From: Malacoraja senta
Taxonomy: Eukaryota
DNA length: 64,000 nucleotides
Direction: 5' to 3'
Assembly (NCBI GenBank): GCA_038087875.1
Contig: CM075997.1
Coordinates: 7,380,001-7,444,000, forward strand
The position numbers and the translations under genes are program-made. Below the pieces are notes generated by a model that was not told where the DNA came from, made no database searches, and saw only the letters and a list, made by a program, of their open reading frames with translations. Positions 50,201-63,501 of this stretch are shown piece by piece (the stretch's first letter is position 1; every line of letters starts with the position of its first letter).

Positions 50201-52745
50201 GCAGAATTAGCCCCTTCGACCATCAAGCCTACTCTGCTTTTTAATCATGGTTGATCTATCTTTCCCGCTCAACCTCTATTCTCCAGCATTCTCCTCATAA
50301 ATCCTGGCACTCGTCAAGATTTGCACAAAAAGCTGGAGTGACTCAGTGGGACAGGCAGCATCTCTGGAGAGAAGGAATGGGTGATGTTTTGGGTCGAGAC
50401 CCTTCTTCGGACCCGAAACGTCACCCATTCCTTCTCTCCAGAGATGCTGCCTGTCCCGCTGAGTTTCTCCAGCTTTTTGTGTCTATCTTTGGTTTAAACT
50501 AGCACCTGCAGTTCCTTCTTACACTAATCAAGATCTGGTCAATCCACTCCAATACCCATTGACGGCCTCCACAGCTGTCTGTGACCATAAATTCCACAGA
50601 TTCACCACCCTGTGACTAAAGAAATCCCTCATCATCTCCTTTCTAAAGGTACATCCTTTTATTCTGAAGCTATGCCCTCTGGTCCTTGACTCTCCCACTA
50701 GTGGAAACATCCTCTCCACATTCACCCTATTCAGGCCTTTCACAATTCATCCTCTCTAAACTCCAGCGAGTACACGCCCAGTGCCGTCAAATGCTCATCA
50801 TACGTTAACCCAATCATTCCTGGGATCATTCTCGTAAACATCCTCTGAACCCTCTCCAACGCCAGCACATCCTTCCTCAGATATGGGGCCCAAAACTGCT
50901 CACAATACTCCAAATGCGGTCTGACCAGTGCCTGATGAAGCCTCAACATTACATCCCTATTTTTATATTCTAGTACTCTTGAAATAAATGCTAGCATTGC
51001 ATTTGCCTTCGTTACTGCTGATTCAACTTGCAAACAACTTTTTGGGAATTCTGCACCTGCACTCCCAAGTCCCTTTGCACCACCGATTTCTGAATCCTCT
51101 CCCCATTTAGAAAATAGTCTACGCCTTATTACTACTACCAAAATGCACAACTCTTTTAGTTTTATGCTGTCTTTGAGTTCCCTTGTCAAGTCAATATGCT
51201 GGCCTATGGACAATATGCTGGCTGATGATGCCTTCATCTTTTCTTTTGTGATTTTTGCTATCACTCCCTGTAAAGATCCGTTTTATATTTCTCATCTCGT
51301 GTCCAGCATAGTCAACTCAAGTCAAGTCCAGAGAGTTTATTGTCATGTGTCCCAGATAGGGCAATGAAATTCTTGCATTGCTGCAGCACAACAGGATATT
51401 GTAGTCATAAATACAGATCAGATCAGTGTGTCCATATACCATAGAATATATATATACACACACCAGTAAACAGATAAAGTGCAATAGGTTGTTATAGTTC
51501 AGAGTTTGTTTGAAGTTGTGTTTAATAGTCCGATGGCTGTGGGGAAGAAGTTGTTCCTGAACCTGGATGTTGCAGATTTCAGGCTCCTGTACCTTCTACC
51601 CGAGAGATGAGCGTGTGGCCAGGATGGTGTGGGTCCTTGATGATGCTGGCAGCCTTTTTGAGGCAGTGACTGCGATAGATCCCTTCGATGGTGGGGAGGT
51701 CAGAGCCGATGATGGACTGGGCAGTGGTTACGACTTTTTGCAGCTTTTTTGGGCAGTGCATTTGGTACCATTTGCGTACGTTCAGCAGATCTGTCTTCTT
51801 CATTTTACTTGTGGGTGATAGATTTAGTTGCAGCTCGCAGTACTCCCAACAAACTAATCATAATCAAATTCCCCACTCAATGGCAGCAAAATGCATGCTC
51901 ACTATCAGTCAGGATCACCACTTCTTGTGAAAATCTACACTACTGAATTAAATTCCACACAATATCGATCAGAAGAAATGCAAAAGAGTATTCAACACTG
52001 AAGCCCAGTTATTCACAATTCCTGCTTAATATGAGGTTTCAGTTTAAAAATGCACAATCCCCACTTACTAAATCAATTTTCTTAGTCAACATTGCACAAA
52101 ATGTGTACCCAAAATGTCAAACAATACACTCGGTAAAAGTCAAGATCCACATGTCATAGTCAAAATTCACGATCACTATCATATCAGATAAAGTAACAAC
52201 TCCAGTCAAAATGTGCACTATACATCAACACTAGTGGCATAAAATATGCAATACCAGGGTTAATATGTGAAAATCCATAGTAGTTATTAGTCAAAATCCT
52301 TGAACCATATCAGTCAAACACTTAAGGGCCTGTCCCACTTCCACGATTTTTTCGGCGGTCATAGTCGCAGCAGGTCGCCGAATATTTTCAACATGTTGAA
52401 AATACAGCGGCGACCAGAGAAAGGTACGACTCTTTGGGTGACTACTCACGACCATAAAGGCGTCACGCCGTGACATCGCGGGGTGTAAAAATAAACACTC
52501 AGCATCAGAGAAAATCCACGAGGAGCAGTAAAGATCAATGTTCAACATTGGGATTCTCCACAATCCATAACACTGAAAGATACAGCCAAAATTAGGAAAA
52601 ATACATTCTTGCAATCAGTTAAAATAATTACTCTGAACAGTATTAAAATATCCATGCTTGATATTAGTCAAATCCATGATGAACAGCATTAACTTCCCAA
52701 TATCATTATCAGTCGAAATATGTGCCTAAAAATGTTTTACTGTTA

Positions 52746-54143
52746 AGGGGCTGTCCCACTTGGGTGACCTTATTGGCGAGTTTAGAACAGTTTAGGAGAG
52801 TTTGAAAAATGTCATGTTGAAGACCTCCTTCACCTATGTAGAAGACCTCCTTCGCCCTCCTTCGACTATGTTGAAGACTAGCTACGACTAACTTCGGGAA
52901 AATTGGACACCGAATAGTGGAGAGTGAAGACGACCTCCTTCGATCTCCTTCGACCTCCCTTCGACTATGATGAAGACTATCTACGACTACCTTCGATTAC
53001 CCTCGATTACCTGCGACTAACATGCTGACCTACTACGACCTACTACGACTAAACCTACGAGTAAAAAATGTATCGATTTTTTCCATGGCGACCTTTTTTT
53101 ACTCGCGGGCATTTTTCAACATGTTGAAAAATACGCTGCGACCTAGCTGAGGCCTCGAGTACGCGGGGACTACTCTCGAGCATGAAGGAGAGTTACAAAG
53201 TAAAGTAAAGTAAAGTAAGTTTATTTATATAGCACTTTTCAATCAAATCACTGAAGCCAAAGTGCTTTACAGAGAGAATTATCCATATAAATGAAAAATA
53301 AAAAAGGTAGAATAAAAAAAAGACAGGACACACAATTAGAGATTCAACACGAACATCCCCCCACAGCAGAGTCGACACTTTCCACTGTGAGGGAAAGGCA
53401 CCAAAATGTCCAGTCCTCCTCCTAGTCCACCCGAAGTCGGGGCCAGTTTGAGGCCTCCGCAGCCAGTCGCCGCAACGGCAGCCCGATGTTGTAGACCCAC
53501 CCGCCGGGAAGCTGGAACACCGGCATCGGGTGGCAAGTCCTCAGCGGCTTGGAAGTGTCTGGAGCGGCCGCTCCCTCCCCGGAGACTGCGACGCCCGTAG
53601 TCTTCAGGCCGTGCCGGTTGGAGCTTCGACTCTGACTCCGCGGTGTTTTCGATCCAGCGCCGCCCGCCCACGGCGGGATGCCCTCAGACCGCAGCCCGCG
53701 GCTGCTCGATGTTGGTGGTCGGCGGTCATAGCACTCCGGAGCGGCAACCCGGCAAGGCATCGCCCGCTCCGTGTTGGTGTCCCAGCGCTGTGCCGCCGAA
53801 GCTGTGGTCCCGGCAGGAAACGACGCTCCAGCCCGATGGAAGGCCGCATGGGGAGAGCGAAGATGCGATTTGGAGGAAAACCGCATCTCCGACCAGGTAG
53901 GACTGGGGTTAAAGCAGTTTCCCCCCACCCCCCACATAGAAAGAATAGACCTCCAAATAAAAATTATAGACAATAAAAAGGGTTAGAGGACGGACTGCAG
54001 GCAGGCAGCCCGCACAACCGGCGCCCACTCCTGCACATCCGCCAAAGACCTCCTACGACCTCGTGTCGACCATGCTGCGAGTATGAGTCGAGGGCAAACT
54101 CGCCAGAACTCGTGGATTAGGTCGCCCAAGTGGGACAGGCCCT
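52746..54143. mobile_element. MITE, same TIR family (long), with a nested retroelement at 53197-54043
   Basis: TIRs; flanks TTA/TAA; reverse complement of the 234-781 copy. Confidence 0.85.
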
Positions 54144-54413
54144 TAATAGTTATCACAATTCACCCAACCTTAGACAATAAGCACTCAGGTGGCAGAGCTG
54201 GCCGAGCTGTTGCCTCACAGCTCCAGAGACCCGGGCTCAATCCTGACCTTGGGTGCTATCTGAGTGGAGTCTGCACTTTCTCACTGTGACCACGTGGGTG
54301 TCCTCTGGGTGCTCCCATTTCCTTCCACGTTTCAAAAACGTGTAGGTTTATGTTTAGTTTAGTTTAGTTTAGAGATACAGCACAGAAACAGGCCCTTCGG
54401 CCCACCGAGTCCG

Positions 54414-54650
54414 AAAATGTTCAACATGTTGAAAATCCAGCGGCCACCAGAAAAAGGTACGACTCTTTGGGCGACTACTCATGACCAAACAGTATGTCCA
54501 AATGTATGGTCGTGTGTAGTTGCCCAAAGAGTCATACCTTTTTCTGGTTGCCGCTGGATTTTCAACATTTTGAACATTTTAGGCGATCAGCTGCGACTAT
54601 GACGGGTGCTGGCAAATCGCCGAAAAAATCGCGTAAGTGGGACAGGCCCT
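54414..54650. mobile_element. Palindromic third MITE subfamily, left end missing; a related partial copy lies at 52325-52482
   Basis: Long internal inverted repeat; right TIR AGTGGGACAGGCCCT|TAA. Confidence 0.75.
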
Positions 54651-57428
54651 TAAAAGTAATGCATTGAACACAAGAAAATAGGAGAAGGAATGGAACACAT
54701 AGCCCCGGCCATCCATGTAATCATGATCTACCCCAGGGATCAATTGCTACTCTGTGCCAGACTTTAATGCCCTGATCTTTCAAAAATGTATCCACCCTCA
54801 CTCTAAATATTTAAAATTGCAGCGAATTGTGGACGCAGCCCAGACCATCACACAAACCAACCTCCCTTCTATTGACTCCATTTATACCTCATGCTGCCTC
54901 GGCAAGGCCAGCAGCATAATCAAGGACGATTTGCACCCTGCCCAATCCCTCTTCTCCCCTCTCCCATCAGGCAAAAGGTATAGGTGTGAAAACGCACACC
55001 TCCAGGTTCAGGGACAGTTTCTTGCCAGCTGCTACCAGGCAACTGAATCGTCTTACCACAACCAGAGAGAAGTCCTGATCTACTATCTACCAGTGGGCTG
55101 AGGGAGAGCTGAGAAGGGGAGGGGAAAGTAAGGACTACCTGAAATTAGTGAAGACAATGTTCATACTGCTGGGGTGCAAACTGCACCAAACTCTCCCGGT
55201 GGCTCAGCACTTTAACTCCCCCTCCCATTCCGAATCCGACCTTTCTGTCCATGGCCAGAGTGAGTCCCATCGTAAATTGGAGGAGCAGCACCTCATATTT
55301 CGCTTGGGCAGTTTGCACCCCAGCGGTATGAACATTGACTTCTCTAATTTCAGATACTCCTTACTTTCTCCTCCCCTTCTCAGCTCTTCCTCAGCCCACT
55401 GGCTCCTCCTCTTCCTTTCTTCTTCCCGCCCCCCCCCCCCACCCTCACATCAGTCTGAAGAAGGGTTTCGGCCCGAAACGTTGCCTATTTCCTTCGCTCC
55501 ATAGATGCTGCTGCACCCGCTGAGTCTCTCCAGCATTTTTGTCTACCTTCAATTTTTCAGCATCTGCAGTTCCTTCTTAAACATGATTGGACTTTGCTGG
55601 CTTTACCTTGCACTAAACATTATTCCCTTATCATGTATCTGTACACTGTAAATGGCTCAATTGTAATCATGTATTGTCTTTCCGCTGACTGGATAGCACG
55701 CAACAGAAGCTTTTCACTGACCCTCGGTACACGTGACAATAAACTAAACTGTAATAACAGTAAAAATGAGCTGGCCTCCACAACAATCCACAACATCTCT
55801 TCTTCATGAAAATTCTTAATTTCGTGGTACTTTTATCTTTCCGTTCATGCATTACTATTTTTATTTAGCGTGTAACAAACCCCAATGCTGGACTCTATGT
55901 GGAAACATGATTATCTAAATAAATCTCTTCTTCTTCTTCTTGCGTATGGCGTGCACAGCCTAAAGTTGTGGGACAATGTCTTCTATTTGATCTTATTTGA
56001 TTGTGCACGCCAGGTTGATTGCATTCATCGAAACAGGGCGGACCACGTCAAGGTTGCAATCTCCCACCCCATCTAAATAATGATGACAATTGTCCTATCT
56101 GGGACACACGACCATAGGACATTGTGTCCCAGATAGGACAATGAAATAATTATGACAATGACATTGAATATAATGCCCTCTGTTATTTACTTGGACAAGG
56201 GCAATGATTAGACTTTATCATCAGCCTCAGAGCGAACACTGGTAGGTTCAAACATTGTTTCTAAATGCCGCAATCACTTCAACATAAGGATTCAAAGCAG
56301 TCAGTACGTACTAAAAATAAGTAGCTCAACTTTAAGGAGATCTGAGGAACGGCAGATACTGGTTTACAAATAAAAGACACAAAGTACTGGAGTAACTCAA
56401 CGGGTCAGGCAGCATCTCTGGTGAACATGGATAGGTGACGATTCGGGTCGGGACCCTTCTCCAGACTGATTGTGGTGGGGGTTCAGGGGAGAAAGTTGGA
56501 AGAGAGGAGAGGCAGGAGAAAAACATGCTGAATGATATGTGGATACAGCTGAGGGATTGGGGGGGAGTTGATAGGCAGACAGTTGGACAAATACCAGAGA
56601 TGAAAAGACAAAAGGTGTGAGATAAAGTATAAAGTATAAAAGTATAAAGTATAAAGTTTCCTTTATTGTCATTCAAACTTTTAGTTTAAACGAAATTGCA
56701 TACCTTGCAGTCATGACAGAGAATAAAATAACAACACAATGAACACAGTTTAACATCCACCACAGTGAGTCAACCAGGCACCTCCTCACTGTGATGGAAG
56801 GCAAAAATCTGAAAGTCCTTGTCTCTTCCTTCCTTGTTCTCCCTCTGCGTTGAGGCGATCCAGGCTTTCGTAAGTCCGGGCGATGGTAAGTCCCGCGGCC
56901 GAATCCGAGCTCCGCTAACGGGCCGGTTCAAACTCCGTGGCCCGGGGCGGACAAAGCTGTCGCCCTCCAGTCCAGCGGACGAAGCTGTTGTTGCGGGAGC
57001 TCCAGAGAATCAGTCACCAACCTGGGACCGGCGAGCTCCCGATGTTGTCGTCCACTGTACTTTCCGTAAGGATAGACGAGGCGCGCATTGCGAAGCCAGA
57101 GGTAGTAATATAGGCGGAAGGGGATGTGGGAAGGGTAGAAATGAGTGCGAGTCCAGGCGGGGCACAGGGAAGAGTTGGGGAAGGAAAGAGCTCAAAGTTC
57201 AGCGAAACCGTCGTCAAGTCTACACTTGGTCTTGCCAATATAAAGAAGGCCTCATCGGGAATGCTGGAAGAAGAAATTCTAAAGAAATTCCTTCTCATCT
57301 CCTTCCTAAAGGAACGTTTATTAATTCTGAGGCTATGAGCTCTAGTCCTAGACTCTCCCACTTGCCTTCAGAAAAGAAATATTAAGAATACCGTTTTGAG
57401 GCATAATTAGATGCAATCTCACCCATCA

Positions 57429-57950
57429 ATGCGGCAGAGGTTCACTTGCACCTTCTCCAACCTCATCTATTGCATCCGCTGCTCTAGATGTCAGCTGCTC
57501 TACATCGGTGAGACCAAGCGTAGGCTTGGCGATCGCTTCGCCCAACACCTCCGCTCGGTTCGCAATAACCAACCTGATCTCCCGGTGGCTCAGCACTTCA
57601 ACTCCCCCTGCCATTCCGAATCCGACCTTTCTGTCCTGGGCCACCTCCATGGCCATAGTGAGTCCCACCGCAAATTGGAGGAGCAGCACCTCATATTTCG
57701 CTTGGGTAGTTTACACCCCAGCGGTATGAACATTGACTTCTCCAATTTCAGGTAGTCCCTGCTTTCTCTTTCTTTCCCCTTTCCTTCCCAGCTCTCCCAC
57801 AGCCTACTGTCTCCGCCTCTTCCTTTCTTCTTCCCGTCCCCCCCACCTCCACATCAGTCTGAAGAAGGGTCTCGACCCGAAACGTTGCCTATTTCCTCCG
57901 CTCCATAGATGCTGCCTCACCCGCTGAGTTTCTCCAGCATTTTTGTCTGC
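57429..57950 (+). mobile_element. Penelope-like element 3' part: GIY-YIG endonuclease plus terminal repeat; similar fragments at ~2110-2345, 42355-42665 and 55190-55580
   Basis: ORF NLIYCIRCSRCQLLYIGETKRRLGDRFAQH...PSGMN, followed by a repeat containing a CTGAAGA...GAAAC hammerhead-like core. Confidence 0.85.
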
Positions 57951-58069
57951 TTTCATTGAAGCTAAATGCTCTGTACAACTTGCACAAGATGTACATACAA
58001 ACCCCCACAAGCAAAAAAGCCTGAAGCTTGCAAAAGCAGCCACACAGAGAACGGAAATGGAATAATTTT

Positions 58070-58610
58070 CATTTTCGCTGACTTGGATCATTGGAGTTCC
58101 TTGGAAGGACAAATTCACCAATGAATCTGTCCTCCCCCAGCCAGAGTATCCTTCTGGTCTTCAAGAAGAATGTCTGAAGAAGGGTTTCGGCCCGAATCGT
58201 TGCCAATTTCCTTCGCCCCATAGATGCTGCTGCACCCGCTGAGTTTCTCCAGCATTTTTGTGTACCTAAGAAGAATGTCTCCACTGGCTTGGACATGTAC
58301 ACAGGATGGAAAATGGAGGCATCCCCAAAGATGTGCCATACGGGGAGGTCAAGGGGAAGACCAAAGCTTCTCTACAAGGTTACGGCTGAAAGAGATATGA
58401 AATATATTTACATTGGGACTGAGAGGCGGGTACTGTAGACCTGGGAAGGTGGCGAAAGGTCATCCTGCGGGTATGAAGACCTCGGCGGCCAGATGCCAAA
58501 GCCAGAAAATGGGCAACAGCAACAGCAACACTCTCTGCAATGCATTGGCTAGAGACACCTTCGCCTGTGGGAGCTTTCGGAGGGTCTGTCTGTCAGGAAA
58601 AGCAATCTCA
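58070..58610 (+). mobile_element. Decayed RTE-clade LINE fragment
   Basis: Remnant WLGHVHRMENGGIPKDVPYGE...GRPKL, interrupted by a Penelope-derived repeat. Confidence 0.6.
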
Positions 58611-59643
58611 GATGAGGTACGGCATGGTGGCACATCGGCAGAGTTGCTGCCTTGTAGCGTTTACAGCACCAGAGACACGGGTTCGATCCTGGCTGCGGGT
58701 GCTTGTCTGTATGGAGTTTGTACATCCTCCCCGTGACCTGCATGGGTTTTCTCCGAGAACATTAGTTTCCTCCCACACTTCAAAGGCGTACAGGTTTATA
58801 GGTTAATTGGCTTGGTGTAAATGTAAAAAATGTCCCTAGTGTGGGATAGTGTTCATGTGCAGGAATCGTTGATCAGTACGGACTAGGTGGGCCGAAGGGC
58901 CTGTTTCCGCACTGCATCTCTAAGATAAACTAAACTATATTAAACATTACCCTCTCCAAGCAGGATAATGCGAAAGCTGCACGATCATCGCTTGCAGGTG
59001 GATGGATGCCAACTACCCTGTCATGGCTGCCATATACCTGTGTGCGTGATCCGTAGAAGGAGAAACAGCAGTAATGTATAAGTAATGCAGATGCTGGTTT
59101 ACACCAAAGATAGACACAAAATGCTGGAGTAACTCAGCGGGACAGGCAGCATCTCTGGAGAAAAGTAATAGATGACGTTTTGGGTCGAGACCTTCCATCA
59201 GACCCAGAAGTATTCATAAGATCATAAGATCATAGGTGATAGGAATAGAATTCGGCCATTCAGCTCATCAAGTCTACTCTGCCATTCAATCATGGCTGGT
59301 CTACCTCCTTCTCCTAACCCCATTCTCCTGCCTTCTCCCCATAACCTCTGACACCTGAACTAATCAAGAATCTATCTATCTCTGCCTTAAATATATCCAC
59401 TGACTTTGCCTCCACAGCCGACTGAGGCAAAGAATTCCACAGATTCACCGACCTTGTTTCCTTTGGTATTTACAGATTTAATTTTGATATAACATGAAAC
59501 ATACCTTTTATTCATCTTCTGATTTTGGATCCATTATTATAAAAGCAAGGGGTCAGTAAAAAGCTTATCCTTGATAGCGTTATTTTGACCATAACATCAC
59601 ATATTGTGTGGAAATCTAAATGATATTTTCCTTTTTGTTACAG

Positions 59644-59857
59644 CTTTGTTAACCAGCTCATTTTTTTGGACAATTGTCCTTTTGGAATCATGCATATACA
59701 AACTAAAGAAATAGACCAGTATTACAACCGAATACAGAGTTACATAGCCAAACCACCATGGATCTATTCCAGCACTGGCCTGTACAATGATTTCTCTCTG
59801 ACTATCTATCAGGGTCTGGTTTATGGGCTGTTTAACCTGCATTCAACTTATTATAGA
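59644..59857 (+). CDS. CATSPERG: CATSPERG exon K (214 nt, phase 2-0): DFVNQLIFLDNCPFGIMHIQTKEIDQYYNRIQSYIAKPPWIYSSTGLYNDFSLTIYQGLVYGLFNLHSTYYR
   Basis: ttacag|...|gtaagg. Aligns to FIDFCPFSVM...PP...SLAIYQGLVYYLLWLHSVY. Confidence 0.93.
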
Positions 59858-61299
59858 GTAAGGACATTTATGAAGCTAAATATATGATATAAGTATCGTA
59901 ATAAGTATATTTTGAATGCATTTAATCGCTGTAAAATAATTTGGACTGTTCTGATGTTTAGAAATCTAATATATAAATGCATTCTTATCATTTTAGATTA
60001 TTGATTGTAAGTTCGCTCAGCTGACAAAAATGATTGTGGATTTCAATATGGTTAATTGGTAGAATTAACCAGATAATAGTTATTGGAATTCCAATGGATA
60101 ACTGCGAACAGTTATAAACTATTTTGAGCTTAAGGAAATTATGGATATTCATTAAAAGAAAGATGAGTGGCAAAGTGAAGAATTGGGTCACTTGATGTGT
60201 GTTCATTTTATCGTTAAACAATAGGATGAGAGGAAACTTAAGGGTATCTGAAACCCTTGGATATATCGTTTATTTCTGTAACTGTTCATTTTCTTTCTGT
60301 AAGGAATGGATGAGGACCCAGCGTGGGGGGACCGCCATGAGGGAGGGGGATCCGGTGGGGGGGGGAGGGGAAGCTGACGCGGGATACTTTGTAAATTTGT
60401 CCGTGCCCTTTATGTGGTGACCATTTGCATACCGTGGGTATACAAGCAAAGAATTTCCCAGTGAGAATAAAGTATTCACTCATTCACTCATTCATTCATT
60501 CATTTATTCCATATGCTGACTTGATCCTTTCATAGTTTAACTCAGTAAAAATGTGTTAACTTTGGCTATTTACCTATTTGGCTATTCACTATTTTCAAAA
60601 GGAAGTTCCAAATTTCTACCAAGCTTTATGTGTGGGGGGGCTGTTACCTAACTTCACCCTTATGGAGCTAGTCTCTGATACCTAGAAATCAAATTCCACC
60701 CTTCTTTAAGTGCAAAATATTGTGCATTTGCCAACCTTTGGTCTAACCAATATTTTGTAAAAAATGACCCAACTTTTACATTTGATATTCCAACCTATGC
60801 AAACATGCCAAATGCTTTCTTCACCACCAGATCTACTTGAATATCCACTTCTTGAGTGTTTTTGGAGCTTCTTTAATCCTGATGATAGTTGAGTTCAAGA
60901 CAGATACCGTCAGTTTCAACTCCCTGCATTGTGGACAGAGAAGGCTTTGGCAACAAAGGTTATAAAGGAGACAGGCACAAAAAGCTGGAGTAAGTCAGCA
61001 GGTCAGACAGCATCACTGGATAGAAGGAATGGGTAACCTTACGGGTCGTGACCTTTCTTCAGACTGAGAGTCAGGGGAGAGGGGAACGAGAGATATAGAC
61101 GTTACCTAGGACAAATGAATGGAAGATATGCGGAAAGCAACCATAATCAAAGAAATGTGGAGCCAACAATGGTCCATTGTTGCCTGTGGGACAGGTGCTA
61201 ACCAGTTAATACAGGCAGTGGAACTCAACCGGATGACAGTGAAGTTAGTATGATGACTATGGTGGGCGAGAGACGGAGTGAGGGGATGCAAGGGTTACA

Positions 61300-62186
61300 C
61301 TGAGAGAGAGAGGGGGGATGCAAGGGTTAAACAGAGAGAGGGGATGAAAGGGTTAAACAGAGAGAGGGGATGAAAGGGTTAAACAGAGAGAGAGGATGAA
61401 AGGGTTAAACAGAGAGAGAGGGGAAGCAAGGGTTAGAGAGAGGGGAAGCAAGGGTTAAACAGAGAGAGAGGGGATGCAAGGGTTAAACAGAGAGAGAGGG
61501 GATGCAAGGGTTAAACAGAGAGAGAGGGGATGCAAGGGTTAAACAGAGAGAGAGGGAATGCAAGGGTTAAACAGAGTGAGAGGGGATGCAAGGGTTAAAC
61601 AGAGAGAGAGGGGATGCAAGGGTTAAACAGAGAGAATGGGGATGCAAGGGTTAAACAGAGAGAGAGGGGATGCAAGGGTTAAACAGAGAGAGAGGGGATG
61701 CAAGGGTTAAACAGAGAGAGGGGATGCAAGGGTTAAACAGAGAGAGAGGGGATGCAAGGGTTAAACAGAGAGAGAGGGGATGCAAGGGTTAAACAGAGAG
61801 AGAGGGGATGCAAGGGTTAAACAGAGAGAGAGGATGCAAGGGTTAAACAGAGAGAGAGGATGCAAGGGTTAAACAGAGAGAGTGGATGAAAGGGTTAAAT
61901 AGAGAGAGAGGATGCAAGGGTTAAACAGAGAGAGAGGATGAAAGGGTTAAACAGAGAGAGAGGATGCAAGGGTTAAACAGAGAGAGAGGATGAAAGGGTT
62001 AAACAGAGAGAGAGGATGAAAGGGTTAAACAGAGAGAGGGGATGCAAGGGTTAAACAGAGAGAGAGGGGATGCAAGGGTTAAACAGAGAGAGAGGATGCA
62101 AGGGTTAAACAGAGAGAGGGGATGCAAGGGTTAAACAGAGAGAGAGGATGCAAGGGTTAAACAGAGAGAGGGGATGCAAGGGTTAC
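61300..62186 (+). repeat. ~28-30-bp purine-rich minisatellite, about 30 copies
   Basis: Unit (AG)3-5 GGGATGCAAGGGTTAAAC. Confidence 0.95.
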
Positions 62187-62846
62187 AGCAAAGACTGTGA
62201 AAGAGAGAGACATTTAGAATAAAGACTCTGCAAAATGCCACTAATACAATTGAATTGTCTTCAAAAACCCTACGAAAATAAAAGGTGTTAATAAATGTAA
62301 TATTATGATTTACACCCAGAAACAAGCTGAAATGGGGCCTGTGCCATTCCTGATGAGAGCCGCAAGGAAAGCTCCAACTGTAATGTCTTTGCTCTGCCTC
62401 ACTGGGCTCTCCAAGGCAGCCAAAGAAGTGCATAAAAGGGGGAATGTGTAGGGGGGAACTGCAGATGCTGGTTAAAATAGAAAATAGACACAAAATGCTG
62501 GAGTAACTCAGCGGGACAGGCAGCATCTCTGGAGAGTGGGAATGGGTGACGTTTTGGGTCGAGACCCTTCTTCAGACAGACAGTCAGGGGAAAGGGAAAT
62601 GAGAGATGGAGAAGGTGATGTAGAGAAATATAGAACAAATGAATGAAAGAGATGCAAAAAAATTACGACGATAAAGGAATCAGGCCTGTTAACTGTGTGC
62701 TAAGATCTCGGAGAAAACCCACGCGGTCACTGGGAGAACTCCGTACAGACTGCACCTGTAGTCGGGATCGAACCCCGGGTCTCTGGCACTGCAAGTGTTG
62801 TAAGGCAGCAACCCTACTGCTGCACCACTGTGCCACCCGATTCTTA

Positions 62847-63347
62847 AGGGCCTGTCCCGCTGCGGGAACCTAATTTGCGAGCTTAGAAGAGTTTGCGCTC
62901 AACTCAAACTCGCAGCATGGTCGTCACGTTGTCCTAGGAGGTCTATGTAACTCTCCTTCATGCTCGAGAGACGTTCCCGCATACTCGAGGCCTCAGTTTG
63001 GTTGAGGAGTATTTTTTAGCATGCTGAAAATTGTTCGCGAGTAAAAATTGGTCGGCATGGAAAAAAAATCGATATTTTTCTTACTCCTAGGTTTAGTTGG
63101 AGTAGGTCGTAGTAGGTCGGCATGTTATTCGTAGGTAATCGAAGGCAATCGAGGATAGTTGAAGGTAGTCGTAGATGGTGTTAGTATAGTCGAAGGCCAT
63201 CAAAGGAGGTCGTCTTCACTCTCCACTATTCGGTGTCCAATTTCCCGAAGGAGGCCTTCTACATAGTCGAAGGAGGTCGTAGGAGGTGTTCTACTTCGGC
63301 GATACAACAAGACCATGACACTTTTTTAAACTATCCTACACCCTTCT

Positions 63348-63433
<86 letters not shown>

Positions 63434-63501
63434 CCCCCCCCCCCCACCCCCCCACCCACCCCCCCCCCCCCCCCCCCCACACACACAATGGGACAGGCCC
63501 T
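62847..63501. mobile_element. MITE, same TIR family (long), containing a (CA)n/poly-C expansion
   Basis: TIRs; flanks TTA/TTA; (CA)n at ~63349-63432. Confidence 0.8.

Noticed and set aside
48680..52740. A/C-skewed intervening sequence that might be a fragmented ERV LTR or internal region
   Set aside because: No termini, primer-binding site, TSD or coding motif could be identified by eye.
60509..60535. CCATATGCTGAC encodes PYAD, the start of the next expected CATSPERG exon (PYADPVHDP)
   Set aside because: No AG acceptor precedes it, the sequence continues LILS-stop, and there is no further similarity; the real exon is probably beyond the window.
61300..62186. AGGGTT in the minisatellite suggesting interstitial telomeric repeats
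   Set aside because: No tandem TTAGGG; the motif is part of a longer TE-derived unit.
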